Below, piece by piece: positions 9,981 through 20,420 of a stretch of 64,000 nt of DNA (position 1 is the stretch's first letter; each line of letters opens with the position of its first letter). Both the position numbers and the translations under genes were made by a program. The stretch is from Thermoanaerobaculia bacterium (GTDB lineage: Bacteria; Acidobacteriota; Thermoanaerobaculia; UBA5066): contig CAWFJJ010000028.1 of NCBI GenBank assembly GCA_963816185.1, positions 544,001-608,000 of the forward strand, given 5' to 3'. A model generated the notes under the pieces. It had not been told where the DNA came from, searched no databases, and saw only the letters and a list, made by a program, of their open reading frames with translations.

Positions 9981-10039
9981 GGGCGCGCAATGTACGGTAC
10001 GCGCGCGCCCCCGGTCAAAGACTCGTCGAGGAGGTCACG

Positions 10040-11611
10040 ATGTCGGCGTCCACGATCCTTCCCCTGATCGCTCTTCTTTCCCTGCCTCAGGCCGCCCGGC
10101 CCCAGGGCAGGCCCGCTCCCGAGCCCAGGCGCTCCGAAGAGGCCGCAGCTGCGAAGGCGAACCCGGCCGAGGGAAAAGAGGAGGACAAGAAGGACGAGAA
10201 GGAAGAGCCGCCCATCGTGACGCACCACGAGCTTCGCGTCGGCGGGAAAGTTCTGAAATACACGGCCACGGCGGGCCTCATGCCGCTGAGGAACGAGGCG
10301 GGCGACCTCGAGGCGCACATCTTCTACGTCGCGTACACGCTCGATCGGGGCGGCGTCCCCGTCGAGAAGCGGCCGCTCATGTTCTCGTTCAACGGCGGCC
10401 CGGGCTCGTCGTCCGTGTGGCTGCACCTCGGCGCCCTCGGACCGAAGCGCGTGAAGATGAAGGACGACGGCATGATGCCGGCGCCCCCGTACGCGCTCGT
10501 CGACAACGAAGAGACGTGGCTCACGGAAACGGACCTCGTCTTCATCGATCCGGTCGGGACGGGGTACAGCCGCGCGGTCAAGCCCGAGCTCGCGAAGAAG
10601 TTCTGGAGCGTGGAGGGCGATCTCGCGTCCGTCGGAGAGTTCATCCGCCTCTACCTCGCGCGCAGCGAACGCTGGGCGTCACCGCTCTTCCTCGTGGGCG
10701 AGAGCTACGGCACGACGCGGGCTGCCGGTCTTTCCGGCGCCCTCGTCGAGAAAGGCATCGCCTTCAACGGCATCCTCCTCGTCTCGTCCATCCTCAACTT
10801 CCAGACGGCCCGCTTCACGAAGGGAAACGACCTTCCCTACCCTCTGTTCCTTCCGACGTATGCGGCCACGGCCTGGTACCACAAGAAGCTGCCCGCCGAT
10901 CTGCAGGCGAAGCCGCTTCGGACCGTCCTCGACGAGGTCGAGAAGTTCTCCGCGTCCGGCTATCCGATCGCGCTCGCGAAGGGCGACGCGCTGACGCCCG
11001 CGGAGCGCAAGGCGATCGCCGAGCGGCTCGCCCGCTACACGGGGCTCGACTCGGCATGGATCGACCGCGCCGACCTGAGGATCGAGATCCAGCATTTCTG
11101 CAAGGAGCTGCTCCTTAACGAACGGCGCACCGTGGGCCGGCTCGACACGCGCTTCCTGGGCATCGACGAGAGCGGCGTCTCGGAGCGCCCCGATTACGAT
11201 CCGAGCAACACCGCCATCCGGCCGCCGTACACGGCCATGTTCAACCAGTACGTGCGCACCTCGCTCGGCTACAAATCGGACTCCCCGTATCAAATCCTCA
11301 TCGACCTCTTCCGGTCCTGGGACTGGGGCGCGCGAAACGGGTTCGCCGACACGAGCGAAGCCCTGCGCCAGGCGTTCGCGAAGAATCCCGACATGAAGCT
11401 CTTCGTCGCGTCGGGCCATTTCGACCTCGCGACACCGTACTTCGCGACGCAGTACACGCTCGCCCATCTGGGCCTCGACCCGAGCCAGCGCGCCCGCATT
11501 ACGACGCACGAGTACGAGGCCGGCCACATGATGTACATCCACCCGGGCGAGCTCGCGAAGCTGCGCAAGGACGTCGGCGCGTTCCTGAAAGCTGCGCTCC
11601 CGCCCCCGTAG
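10040..11611 (+). CDS. Secreted serine carboxypeptidase, family S10
   Basis: GAGGAGG RBS; signal peptide; FNGGPGSSS, FIDPVGTGYS, GESYG, DLATP and EAGHMMY. Confidence 0.92.
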   Translation: MSASTILPLIALLSLPQAARPQGRPAPEPRRSEEAAAAKANPAEGKEEDKKDEKEEPPIVTHHELRVGGKVLKYTATAGLMPLRNEAGDLEAHIFYVAYTLDRGGVPVEKRPLMFSFNGGPGSSSVWLHLGALGPKRVKMKDDGMMPAPPYALVDNEETWLTETDLVFIDPVGTGYSRAVKPELAKKFWSVEGDLASVGEFIRLYLARSERWASPLFLVGESYGTTRAAGLSGALVEKGIAFNGILLVSSILNFQTARFTKGNDLPYPLFLPTYAATAWYHKKLPADLQAKPLRTVLDEVEKFSASGYPIALAKGDALTPAERKAIAERLARYTGLDSAWIDRADLRIEIQHFCKELLLNERRTVGRLDTRFLGIDESGVSERPDYDPSNTAIRPPYTAMFNQYVRTSLGYKSDSPYQILIDLFRSWDWGARNGFADTSEALRQAFAKNPDMKLFVASGHFDLATPYFATQYTLAHLGLDPSQRARITTHEYEAGHMMYIHPGELAKLRKDVGAFLKAALPPP

Positions 11612-11665
11612 GGAGCGGGAACCGAATCGAGGCGCATGGGTCCAATCCCTCGAAGGGAGATTCCG

Positions 11666-12577
11666 ATGCGCCACCAGATCCTGACCGCTCTCCTCCTCGC
11701 CGCCGGGGCCGCGAACGCCTCCTCATCGTCCGGTTTCGGCCTCGAGGTCCTCGTCGACGGACGCGAGCGTCCCGAGTACGAGGCACGCGGCACCGTCTAC
11801 GTCGAGGCCCTTCGCGGCCGCGATTACGCGCTTCGCCTTTCGAACCCGACGGGCACGCGCGTCGCCGTAGCGCTCTCGGTCGACGGGCTGAACACGATCG
11901 ACTCGCGCCGAACTTCGGCCCGGGATGCGCGCAAATGGGTTCTCGCGCCTTACGAGACCGTCGTCATTCCGGGCTGGCAGGTCTCGACCGCGGCGTCGCG
12001 AAAGTTCTTCTTCACGGGCGAGCGCGGCTCCTACGGCGCGGCCCTCGGGAAAACGAAGGATCTCGGCGTCCTCGAGGCGGTGTTCTTCCGCGAGAGGCTT
12101 CCCTACCGCATCGAGAGGCGCTGGAGAAAGGGCAAGGACCAAGAAGAGATTTCTTCGAATGAAAATGAGGACTCTGCCGCCGCGGCACCGGCGGTGCCCA
12201 GCCGAGGCGGCGATCGCGACCTTTCGAAGCAATCGTCCTCTTCGGAGGGTGCCGCCGAGAAGGGTAAGCTCTCGCAGAACGAGCCGTCCGGCACGGCACG
12301 GGACCATTCGCAGAAATCTCTTTCTTCCTCTTCGTCTCCCTCCTCGGCGCTGTCCGACGAGTACGCCGCGACCGGAATGGGGCGAAAGACGCAGTTCGGC
12401 GTGACGCAAGTCGACCTCGACCTCGAGACGGAGCCCGCCGCCGTCGTGCGGCTGCGCTACGAGTTCCGGCCGCAGCTCATCGCGCTCGGCGTCCTGCCCC
12501 GTGACCCGGACTCGTCGCGCATCGCGCGCCGCGAGCGCGCCCGCGGCTTCGAGGAGTTCTGCCCCGAAGTCCGATAG
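11666..12577 (+). CDS. Secreted hypothetical protein with a Ser-rich low-complexity linker
   Basis: Signal peptide; beta-rich YALRLSNPTGTRVAVALSVDGLNTID...IPGW...SYGA...GVLEAVFF; C-terminal TGMG...VRLRYE. Confidence 0.75.
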   Translation: MRHQILTALLLAAGAANASSSSGFGLEVLVDGRERPEYEARGTVYVEALRGRDYALRLSNPTGTRVAVALSVDGLNTIDSRRTSARDARKWVLAPYETVVIPGWQVSTAASRKFFFTGERGSYGAALGKTKDLGVLEAVFFRERLPYRIERRWRKGKDQEEISSNENEDSAAAAPAVPSRGGDRDLSKQSSSSEGAAEKGKLSQNEPSGTARDHSQKSLSSSSSPSSALSDEYAATGMGRKTQFGVTQVDLDLETEPAAVVRLRYEFRPQLIALGVLPRDPDSSRIARRERARGFEEFCPEVR

Positions 12578-12593
12578 CCAGTCGCCACGAACC

Positions 12594-13778
12594 TCACTTC
12601 TCGTTCAGAAGCGCGAGCGCCCGGTCCGCCGCGAGGGGGCCGGGCGCCTTGCCCTGGAAGACGCGGCCCGCGCCGCCGCCCTTCCCTCCGAGAAGCGACG
12701 CGATCGCGCGACCCAGCGCCTGCGCGTCGCCGAAGCCGTCGCCGGCGCCGAGGGCGAAAACGTGCTGGCCGTCTCGCGTCGCCGTGAGGAACGCGGCGCG
12801 CGGCCCGGCTCTTTCGGAGAACCGCCGCGCGACCGCCTGAACGAACGCCATATCGCGCCCGTCGAAGTGCGCGTGCACGACACGCGGACCCGTCGCAAGC
12901 GCCGCTTCCACCGCCGCGGCCACGAGCTCCTCCTCGGCGCGGCGGAGCGCCCTCTGCGCGTCCGCGAGCTGATCCAGCTTCATCTTCGCCGCTGCCGCGA
13001 GGCCGGCGTCCGGCGCGCCGAGCAGTGTCCTCAGCGCGGCGTTCCGCTCTTCGTGGCGCGCGAACCTCCTTCGCGCCCGCCGCCCCGCCACGAAGAAGAC
13101 GCGCGTCCCGCCGCGCAAGGGCTCGGCGGACAGGAGCGCGACGAGCTCGATCTCGGCGGTGTTCGAGAGATGAGTTCCGCCGCACGTGTTGAGGTCGACG
13201 CCCTCGATCTCGACGAGCCGCACGTCGCCCGTGTGGGCCTCGGGCAGGCCACGCGTCCTGACGGGGAGCGCACGGAACTCATCGAACGTGACGCGCCGCG
13301 GGCGCACGGACCGGGCGGCCCGGATTTCCATCGCCACGCCATTCTCGAGCGCCTCGATCTCGGCAGGCGAAACAGAGCGCGCCTCGAGCTCGACGTCGCA
13401 GATCTCGGGACCGAGGTGAAAAGCCTTCGTCGGCCAGCCGAAGCGATCTTGCGCGACGGCCGAGAGCAGGTGCTGGCCCGTATGCTGCTGCATGTGGTCG
13501 AAGCGGCGGTCCCAGTCGAGCCGCACGCGCACGGGCCCGGGCGTCACAGGGGCTCCGACGTAGTGCCGGATCTCGCCGCCCGACTTCTGCACGTCGAGAA
13601 CCTCGACAGCGTCCAGGAAGCCGTGGTCCGAAGGCTGCCCGCCGCCCTCGGGAAAGAGAATGGTGTCGTCGAGAACCGCGTACGCCCGCCCCGCGTCGTC
13701 GCGCACCTCGAGGATCGAGGCGTCGAGCTCCGTGCGGTACGGCTCGCGCTCATACGCGGGAAGCCCGGTTGCGTTCAT
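12594..13778 (-). CDS. Alanyl-tRNA editing protein (AlaX-like) with DHHA1 domain
   Basis: FPEGGGQPSD, HMQQHTGQH (HxxxH), CGGTH and C-terminal GGKGGG. Confidence 0.9.
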   Translation of the reverse strand: MNATGLPAYEREPYRTELDASILEVRDDAGRAYAVLDDTILFPEGGGQPSDHGFLDAVEVLDVQKSGGEIRHYVGAPVTPGPVRVRLDWDRRFDHMQQHTGQHLLSAVAQDRFGWPTKAFHLGPEICDVELEARSVSPAEIEALENGVAMEIRAARSVRPRRVTFDEFRALPVRTRGLPEAHTGDVRLVEIEGVDLNTCGGTHLSNTAEIELVALLSAEPLRGGTRVFFVAGRRARRRFARHEERNAALRTLLGAPDAGLAAAAKMKLDQLADAQRALRRAEEELVAAAVEAALATGPRVVHAHFDGRDMAFVQAVARRFSERAGPRAAFLTATRDGQHVFALGAGDGFGDAQALGRAIASLLGGKGGGAGRVFQGKAPGPLAADRALALLNEK

Positions 13779-13854
13779 GACGCCGGGAAGATTAGCGCCG
13801 CCTCACCGCGAGGCGGTAGCGCCGCCGCCCCTGGAATGACTTTCGGTTCGCTCC

Positions 13855-14430
13855 TCAGGATCTCCTCTGGACCGCGCGCACCGTCCGCAGCCATTTCAGT
13901 CGCGCCTCGAGCTGAAATCGCGCCGCCACGCTCACGCGATAGTCAGCCTCCGACGACCCGCGCTCGGCTGCCGCATAGGACCGAAGTTCTCGAATCATGA
14001 CCCGGGTCAACTCCTCGGCGCGTGAGAGAAACGCGGCTCGGTCGCGCCTCGACTTCAGGCTCTCGAGGAAATAGGCGCGCGTCCGAATTGGATCCGATGT
14101 CGCCCGGGCGGCCCAGGGCTCGAGGTCTCTGATCCAGGCCCGGATCGCGCGCGCGCCCTCCTTCGTCAACGCCAGGTCACGCCGGCCGCGGCGCGCGCCG
14201 ATCCGACTCCTGACGCTCACGAGCCTCAGCCGCAGCAGCCGTTCGATCACGGGATAGATCGAGCCGGCGCTCGCGCTCCATTCCGTCGTCGGCGAGCTCG
14301 CGAAGACGCGCCGGATCTGGTACGTGGAACAGGGCTGGAGGCGCTGGATCAGGCCGAGCGTGCAGCTTTCGAGTTCGGTCAGGTCGCCCGGCATCGCCGT
14401 TCTCCCGGCTCTTCGCGGACGGCTGGACAT
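13855..14430 (-). CDS. PadR family transcriptional regulator
   Basis: wHTH: STYQIRR...WSASAGSIYPVIERL...LTKEG, plus C-terminal helices. Start at 14430 or 14394. Confidence 0.8.
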   Translation of the reverse strand: MSSRPRRAGRTAMPGDLTELESCTLGLIQRLQPCSTYQIRRVFASSPTTEWSASAGSIYPVIERLLRLRLVSVRSRIGARRGRRDLALTKEGARAIRAWIRDLEPWAARATSDPIRTRAYFLESLKSRRDRAAFLSRAEELTRVMIRELRSYAAAERGSSEADYRVSVAARFQLEARLKWLRTVRAVQRRS

Positions 14431-14431
14431 G

Positions 14432-14450
14432 ATAGTACGAATCGTACTAT
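14432..14450. promoter_or_regulatory. Perfect AT-rich palindrome, likely PadR autoregulatory operator
   Basis: ATAGTACGA-A-TCGTACTAT immediately upstream of the PadR start codon. Confidence 0.75.
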
Positions 14451-14597
14451 TTTCGAGGCCGGGACGTCGAGGTCCGGGCGGAACGGGCCCGGCGGGGAAA
14501 GGGAGAGGCAGGGCCGGACCAGGAAGTCCTGACGCTAGAGGTCGACGGATTCGTCGAGGATCGCAGGGTTCTGACGCTTGCCTCCTCGGATCCCGAC

Positions 14598-15569
14598 GTG
14601 CTGCGCCAAGACGTTCGCGCTGACGGGCTCGTCGGTGCCTTCTATTGCCGGAAGAGCGCCAGGAAACTGCCGGTGATCGTGGCCCTTGGGGGGAGCGAGG
14701 GCGGCCTCGATTTCGCCGACTGGATCGGCCCGAAGCTGGCCTCGCGCGGCTTCGCCGTGCTTGGATTGGCCTATTTCGCCCCACGCGGCAGCGCGATCGC
14801 CGGCGTGTCGACCTCTCTGAACAGGATCCCCGTCGAGCTGATCGAGAAGGCGCGCGCCTGGTTGCGCGCCCGCCCGGAAGCGGATGTCGACCGGTTCGGC
14901 CTGGTCGGGCGCTCCAAGGGCGGCGAATTCACCCTCGTCCTGGCCTCGACCTACGAGTGGATTACTGCGGCGGTCGCCTATTTCCCCGCCGACTACGTCT
15001 GGCAGGGCTTCCAATACGGTGGCGGCGGAGACATGGGCTCGTCCTGGACACGCGAAGGAAGAGATCTCGCCTTCCTGCCCTTGACCGGTACACGGGCGGA
15101 GATCGAGAGAGGCCGGCAGCCCGGCGGGAAGACGTATCTCGCGCGCGTGGCCAGGACCAACATCGCGGCGGCTTCGCCCGAGGCGCTCGCCGCGGCAACC
15201 ATCAAGGTCGAGCACAGTCACGCCGCCCTGATGCTGATCGGCGGCGGCGACGACCAGCTCTGGGATTCGGGGGCGAGCGTCGAACGCCTCGCTGCCCGGC
15301 TCAAGAGCGCGGCCTATTCCCACCCGTACGAGACCCTCGTCTATCCCGCCGCGGGCCATGACGTCGTCGGCACCGGGTGGAGGCCGACCTCGACCGAAGA
15401 CGCCGACCCCATCCAGGCAGGCGGCACACCACATGCGGATGCACACGCCCAGGCTGACTCGTGGACCAGGATGCTGAGGTTCTTGGAGCGCGAACTGCGC
15501 CCGCGCCCGAGGCTCCGTTCCTCCCGTCCGACGGGCTCCCCAGGTGAAACCTCTCCGCCACCCAATTGA
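14598..15569 (+). CDS. Acyl-CoA thioesterase/BAAT C-terminal alpha/beta hydrolase, possibly 5'-truncated
   Basis: LGGSEGG, GRSKGGE (nucleophile), GGDDQLW and YPAAGH. The frame continues upstream in protein-like sequence with no start codon. Confidence 0.75.
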   Translation: MLRQDVRADGLVGAFYCRKSARKLPVIVALGGSEGGLDFADWIGPKLASRGFAVLGLAYFAPRGSAIAGVSTSLNRIPVELIEKARAWLRARPEADVDRFGLVGRSKGGEFTLVLASTYEWITAAVAYFPADYVWQGFQYGGGGDMGSSWTREGRDLAFLPLTGTRAEIERGRQPGGKTYLARVARTNIAAASPEALAAATIKVEHSHAALMLIGGGDDQLWDSGASVERLAARLKSAAYSHPYETLVYPAAGHDVVGTGWRPTSTEDADPIQAGGTPHADAHAQADSWTRMLRFLERELRPRPRLRSSRPTGSPGETSPPPN

Positions 15570-15643
15570 GATGAACGATTGGACTTGCGATTCTAGATGT
15601 CTCGCCGGACCTCACGCGCCGCGGATCTCTTCGCCGCAGCCGC

Positions 15644-16678
15644 CTACGAGCGCAATTCGATCGCTCGCGCTGCCGCCGCCTGGAACGCGGGCGACGGCAC
15701 GACGGCATCGAGACGCAGGCATGCCTCCGTGAATTTGATGGCATGCTCGTCGCCGCTCTTTACGGCCCCGGCGATCAGCGCCTCTCGTGACGCGCGGGGC
15801 CCTTCGACTTCCGACTGCGGCGGCTTTCCGAACACGGCGTAGATCGCCGCTCCGGCCTGCCACGCACAGGTCAGGAGGTGCGCCGCCGTCCGCGCCGAAA
15901 CGTGCGGCGCGAGAAGGCCCGCGGCGGCCGGGCCCGTCACCGCGTGAATCAATGCGATCGTACGCCCCTTGGACGTCGTCGTCCCTGCGAGAAAGACGCG
16001 GGCGAAGGCCTCCCCGAGGGCGGGGACGAAAGTCTCGGGCGCGCCCGCGTCGACGAGCGAAACCACTCCGGGGAAGTCCGGCAGCGCGGTCGCGAGCTTC
16101 AGCCCCTGCGCGATCGACCCCGTGCGCTTCACGTCCTCGGACACGCGGGGAACGTGCGTGAGCGCCTGCTCCGGCGTGAGGTGCGCCTGCAAGGTCTCCT
16201 TCCAAGGGAGCGCCTGATACGTCGCGGCCCAATAAGCGAATCCTCGCGCAACCTCCTTTCGCCGCCCCGGCATGTCGTGCCGCGCGAGCGAGCGCACCGC
16301 ATGTCCGGCCCGGATGACGCCGTGCGTCGCGGCCCCGGCAAATCCCGGCGCGAGCTCGTACACCCAGCGGTCCACGGCCGGCTCCCACGGGCCCTCTCGA
16401 AACTCCTTCAGGAAAAGAGCGAGCCAGTCCGGGTATCTCCGCACCTGGCCGAGAGCGTCGCGGATCTCGGCGCCCTTCAGAGGCGTGCCGGGCGCGGGCT
16501 CGTCACCGAGCTTCCGGCGGTACGTCTCCGTCCAGGGCACGATCGCGGCGGTCTGTTCCAGCGCGAAGAGGGCCTCGGCCGCCATCGGGCCGTGATTCGA
16601 GAGGCCGCCGCCGTACTCGGGCGCTGCTCCATCCAGAATCTCGAGGGCGTCGTCGAGGCGGTCCATTACAAGGTCCAT
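15644..16678 (-). CDS. Questin oxidase-like (DUF4243) protein
   Basis: NHGPMAAEAL, ATHGVIR, IHAVTG and DEHAIKFTEAC. Confidence 0.75.
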   Translation of the reverse strand: MDLVMDRLDDALEILDGAAPEYGGGLSNHGPMAAEALFALEQTAAIVPWTETYRRKLGDEPAPGTPLKGAEIRDALGQVRRYPDWLALFLKEFREGPWEPAVDRWVYELAPGFAGAATHGVIRAGHAVRSLARHDMPGRRKEVARGFAYWAATYQALPWKETLQAHLTPEQALTHVPRVSEDVKRTGSIAQGLKLATALPDFPGVVSLVDAGAPETFVPALGEAFARVFLAGTTTSKGRTIALIHAVTGPAAAGLLAPHVSARTAAHLLTCAWQAGAAIYAVFGKPPQSEVEGPRASREALIAGAVKSGDEHAIKFTEACLRLDAVVPSPAFQAAAARAIELRS

Positions 16679-16821
16679 GCCGTCTCACGATACTCCCGAC
16701 GGCGAGAAGCCGAAGGAGCTCCTCGACGAGGACAAGAGTGATCGGCATCAAGGCCGATGCGGTTACGATCACGCCCGTGGAGGACGTCTTCGCGAAGTAG
16801 CCGGCGCCCCCACCTTTCAGC

Positions 16822-18162
16822 ATGAGCGATCCTCTCTTCCTCCACCGCCTCCAGTTCGCCTTCACGATCGTCTACCACTATCTCTTTCCGGTCCTGACGA
16901 TGGGGCTGGCGTTTCTCATCGTCGTCATGAAGGCGCTCGGACTCCGTTCGGGGGGCGAGAGGTGGAATGACGCCGCGCGCTTCTGGATCCGCATCTTCGG
17001 CCTCAACTTCGCGATGGGAGTCGTGACCGGAATCCCCATGGAGTTCCAGTTCGGCACGAACTGGGCGCGGTTCTCCCGCTTCGCCGGAAACGTCGTCGGC
17101 CACACGCTCGCCATGGAGGGGCTCTTCGCGTTCTTCCTCGAGTCGAGCTTCCTCTCCCTGCTCGTCTGGGGCGAGAAACGCCTGGGCAAGAGGGGACATT
17201 TCCTCGCTGCGGTGGCGCTCTTCGTCGGAAGCTGGCTGTCCGGCTATTTCATCGTCGCGACGAACGCGTTTCTCCAGCATCCGACCGGATTTGCGGTGTC
17301 CCCCGACGGCACGCTGCGTCTCGCCGACTTCGGCGCGTTCGTCCTGAACCCGTGGGCTCTCGCCCAATACGCCCACAACATGATCGCCGCGGTCGCGACG
17401 GCGTCCTTCGTCGTCGCGGCCCTGGGCGCGTTCTATCTCCTGCAGGGAAACCACGTGGAACCGGCCCGGCTCTTCCTCAAAGTGGGGACCGTGGCCGGTC
17501 TCGTCTCGAGCGTCCTGCTCGCCTTTCCGACGGGGGACATTCAGGCGAAGCTCGTCGCGCGGTACCAGCCGGTCACGCTGGCCGCGATGGAGGGGCGATT
17601 CGAATCGGGGCCGAGGGCGCAGATCAACATGATCGGCCAGCCGAACGTGCGCGAGAAGCGCCTCGACAATCCGATCGCCGTGCCTGGCGTTCTCAGCTTC
17701 CTCGCCTACGGGCGTTTCTCGGCGGAGGTGAGGGGTCTGGACAGCTTCCCGGCGCGCGACTGGCCTGACAACATCGAGCTCCTCTACTACGCCTTCCACA
17801 TCATGGTCGGGCTGGGAACGATTCTCATCGCGATCATGGCGCTGGCGAATCTCCTGGCCTGGACCGCTCGACTCGAGAAGAGCCGGCCGATGCTCTGGAT
17901 CCTCATGCTTTCCTTCCCCTTCGCGTACATCGCGGTGACTGCGGGCTGGATCACGACGGAGCTCGGACGCCAGCCTTGGCTCGTCTACGGAGTGTTCCGG
18001 ACCGCTCAAGGTTCCAGCCAGATGGTGAGTGCCGGGACGGCTCTCTTCACGCTCATCGGGTTCTGCGGCCTCTATCTCGTCCTCGGCGTGCTCTTCCTCT
18101 TCCTCCTGACGCGAGAGATCGGGCACGGACCGGCACCGGCCTCCGAGGTCGCCCATGTTTGA
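16822..18162 (+). CDS. cydA: Cytochrome bd ubiquinol oxidase subunit I
   Basis: RLQFAFT..YHY, MEFQFGTNW, EGLFAFFLES, FHIMVG and ELGRQPW. Confidence 0.95.
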   Translation: MSDPLFLHRLQFAFTIVYHYLFPVLTMGLAFLIVVMKALGLRSGGERWNDAARFWIRIFGLNFAMGVVTGIPMEFQFGTNWARFSRFAGNVVGHTLAMEGLFAFFLESSFLSLLVWGEKRLGKRGHFLAAVALFVGSWLSGYFIVATNAFLQHPTGFAVSPDGTLRLADFGAFVLNPWALAQYAHNMIAAVATASFVVAALGAFYLLQGNHVEPARLFLKVGTVAGLVSSVLLAFPTGDIQAKLVARYQPVTLAAMEGRFESGPRAQINMIGQPNVREKRLDNPIAVPGVLSFLAYGRFSAEVRGLDSFPARDWPDNIELLYYAFHIMVGLGTILIAIMALANLLAWTARLEKSRPMLWILMLSFPFAYIAVTAGWITTELGRQPWLVYGVFRTAQGSSQMVSAGTALFTLIGFCGLYLVLGVLFLFLLTREIGHGPAPASEVAHV

Positions 18163-19201
18163 GCTCTGGTACGCCGTCGCCGTCTTCACCTTGACCGCGT
18201 ACGTCGTCCTGGACGGCTTCGACCTCGGCGCCGGTGCTCTCCACCTCTTCGTGGCGCGAACCGACCCGGAGCGGCGCCAGGTCCTCGCCGCGATCGGCCC
18301 GTACTGGGATGGCAACGAGGTCTGGCTCCTGGCCGCCGGCGGCGTTCTCTTCGTGGCGTTTCCGAGAGTTCTCTCCGGTGGAATCTCCGGCTTCTACTTC
18401 GCGATCTTCCTCGTCCTGTGGTGTCTGATCCTGCGAGGCATCGCGATCGAATTCAGGAGTCACGTTCAGGACCCCGTCTGGCGCCTCTCCTGGGACTTCT
18501 TCTTCGCCCTCGCGAGCTCCCTCTTGCCCGTGTTCTTCGGCGCGGCGCTCGGTAACCTGATCCGCGGGGTTCCTCTCACGTCCGAGGGCTGGTTCGAGCT
18601 CACCCTCTTCACGGACTTCAGCGCCCGCGCACCGGTCGGAATCCTCGACTGGTACACGTGCCTCGTGGGCGTCTTCGCGCTCGTCGCGCTCGCGGCCCAC
18701 GGATCGGCCTTTCTCGCCTGGAAGACCGACGGGCCCGTTCGGGAGAGAAGCCGACGGGCGGCCCGGCTCCTCTTTGCCGTCTTGACCGTGCTCTGGCTCG
18801 TCGTCACGGCCGCGACATGGAACGTGAACAGGGCGCTCCTCGAGGCGCTCGTCTCCCGTCCCCTCGCCATGCTTCTTGCCGCGCTCGCCCTCGCAGGCCT
18901 CGCCGTCGTCTTTCTGGGGCTCTCGCGGGAGCGCGATCTGTCGACGTTCCTGGGCTCTTCGGCATTTCTCGCCGGCCTCTCGACGGCGACCGCGGCCTGC
19001 GTCTTCCCCATCATGCTGCGGGCGATCCCCGATCCCGCGCTCTCGATGACGGCGTTCAACTCGGGAGGCGATCCGGCCGGCCTGAAGACGGCGGTCCGAT
19101 GGCTGTTCGTGGGCCTGCCGCTCGCGCTCTTCTATTTCGCCGTCGTGTTCCGCATTCACGGGGGCAGGGCTCGGGCGGCCGCCGAGGGCGAAGGCTACTG
19201 A
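18155..19201 (+). CDS. cydB: Cytochrome bd ubiquinol oxidase subunit II
   Basis: LDGFDLGAG, PYWDGNEVW and LRGIAIEFR. Coupled to cydA. Confidence 0.95.
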   Translation: MFELWYAVAVFTLTAYVVLDGFDLGAGALHLFVARTDPERRQVLAAIGPYWDGNEVWLLAAGGVLFVAFPRVLSGGISGFYFAIFLVLWCLILRGIAIEFRSHVQDPVWRLSWDFFFALASSLLPVFFGAALGNLIRGVPLTSEGWFELTLFTDFSARAPVGILDWYTCLVGVFALVALAAHGSAFLAWKTDGPVRERSRRAARLLFAVLTVLWLVVTAATWNVNRALLEALVSRPLAMLLAALALAGLAVVFLGLSRERDLSTFLGSSAFLAGLSTATAACVFPIMLRAIPDPALSMTAFNSGGDPAGLKTAVRWLFVGLPLALFYFAVVFRIHGGRARAAAEGEGY

Positions 19202-19331
19202 TTGGCAAGGTTCACCAGGAGGCGACGGCTACCGGCGCGGTGCGTCGAGGCCGGCAGCCGCCCCTCCCCAGCGCCGCCACTCCACTCGCGCCCGGCGCGC
19301 GACAGGTTCATCATCGGAGGCGAGGAAGGCT

Positions 19332-20420
19332 GTGGAAACCCTCACGGGTGTCGGCCACCCGACGCGGTACTGGCACGCCGTCGAAGACGGACGCATTCAG
19401 TGTGACGTCTGCCCGAAGGAATGCCGGCTCAAGGAAGGGCAGCTCGGCCACTGCTTCGTGCGCGGGCGTACGGGGGACGCGATCGTTCTCACGACCTATG
19501 GCCGGAGCAGCGGCTTCTGCGTCGATCCGATCGAGAAGAAGCCCTTGAACCACTTCCTCCCCGGCTCGTCGGTCCTCTCGTTCGGTACGGCCGGCTGCAA
19601 CCTCGCCTGCCGGTTCTGCCAGAACTGGGACATCTCGAAGTCGCGGGAGATCGACACGCTCGCGGATTCCGCCTCTCCCGAGCGCATCGCCCGATCCGCC
19701 GTCGAGCTCGGGTGCCGGAGCGTCGCCTTCACGTACAACGATCCCGTCGTCTTCATGGAGTACGCCATCGACGTGGCGCAGGCCTGCCGCGAAGAAGGCA
19801 TCAAATCCGTCGCCGTGACCGCCGGCTACATGTCTCCCGCGCCCCGCGCCGAGATGTACAAGTACATGGACGCCGCGAACGTGGACCTCAAGGCCTTCAC
19901 GGAAGACTTCTACCAGAAGATCTGCGGGGCGCATCTCGGGCCCGTGCTGGAAACGCTCGAATACCTCGTGAAGAAGACGGACGTCTGGACCGAGATTACG
20001 ACTCTCCTCATCCCCGGTCTCAACGACTCGGACCAGGAGATCGACGAGATGACGCGCTGGATCGCGGACCGGCTCGGGCCGGACGTGCCCCTTCACTTCA
20101 CCGCGTTTCACCCGGACTGGAAGATGCGCGACCGGTCCGCGACGCCGCCCGCAACCCTCCGGCGCGCGCGCGAGATCGGCCGCACGAACGGGATCCGATT
20201 TGTCTATACCGGGAACGTCTATGACCCCGAAGGGCAGGCCACGGTCTGCCCCGCCTGCGGGAAGACGCTCATCGGGCGCGACGGCTATGAGATCCTCTCC
20301 TGGGGCCTCGCCGGGGACGGCCGGTGCCGCGCCTGCGGCGCTCGTTGTCCGGGCATCTTCGAAGAAGTTCCCGGCGCCTGGGGCGCGCGCAGGCGGCCGG
20401 TGACCCTCAAGACGCAATGA
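19332..20420 (+). CDS. amrS: AmmeMemoRadiSam system radical SAM enzyme
   Basis: CDVCPKEC, DPIEKKPLNHF, CNLACRFCQNWDIS, FTYNDP and C-terminal CPAC...CRAC. Confidence 0.92.
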   Translation: METLTGVGHPTRYWHAVEDGRIQCDVCPKECRLKEGQLGHCFVRGRTGDAIVLTTYGRSSGFCVDPIEKKPLNHFLPGSSVLSFGTAGCNLACRFCQNWDISKSREIDTLADSASPERIARSAVELGCRSVAFTYNDPVVFMEYAIDVAQACREEGIKSVAVTAGYMSPAPRAEMYKYMDAANVDLKAFTEDFYQKICGAHLGPVLETLEYLVKKTDVWTEITTLLIPGLNDSDQEIDEMTRWIADRLGPDVPLHFTAFHPDWKMRDRSATPPATLRRAREIGRTNGIRFVYTGNVYDPEGQATVCPACGKTLIGRDGYEILSWGLAGDGRCRACGARCPGIFEEVPGAWGARRRPVTLKTQ

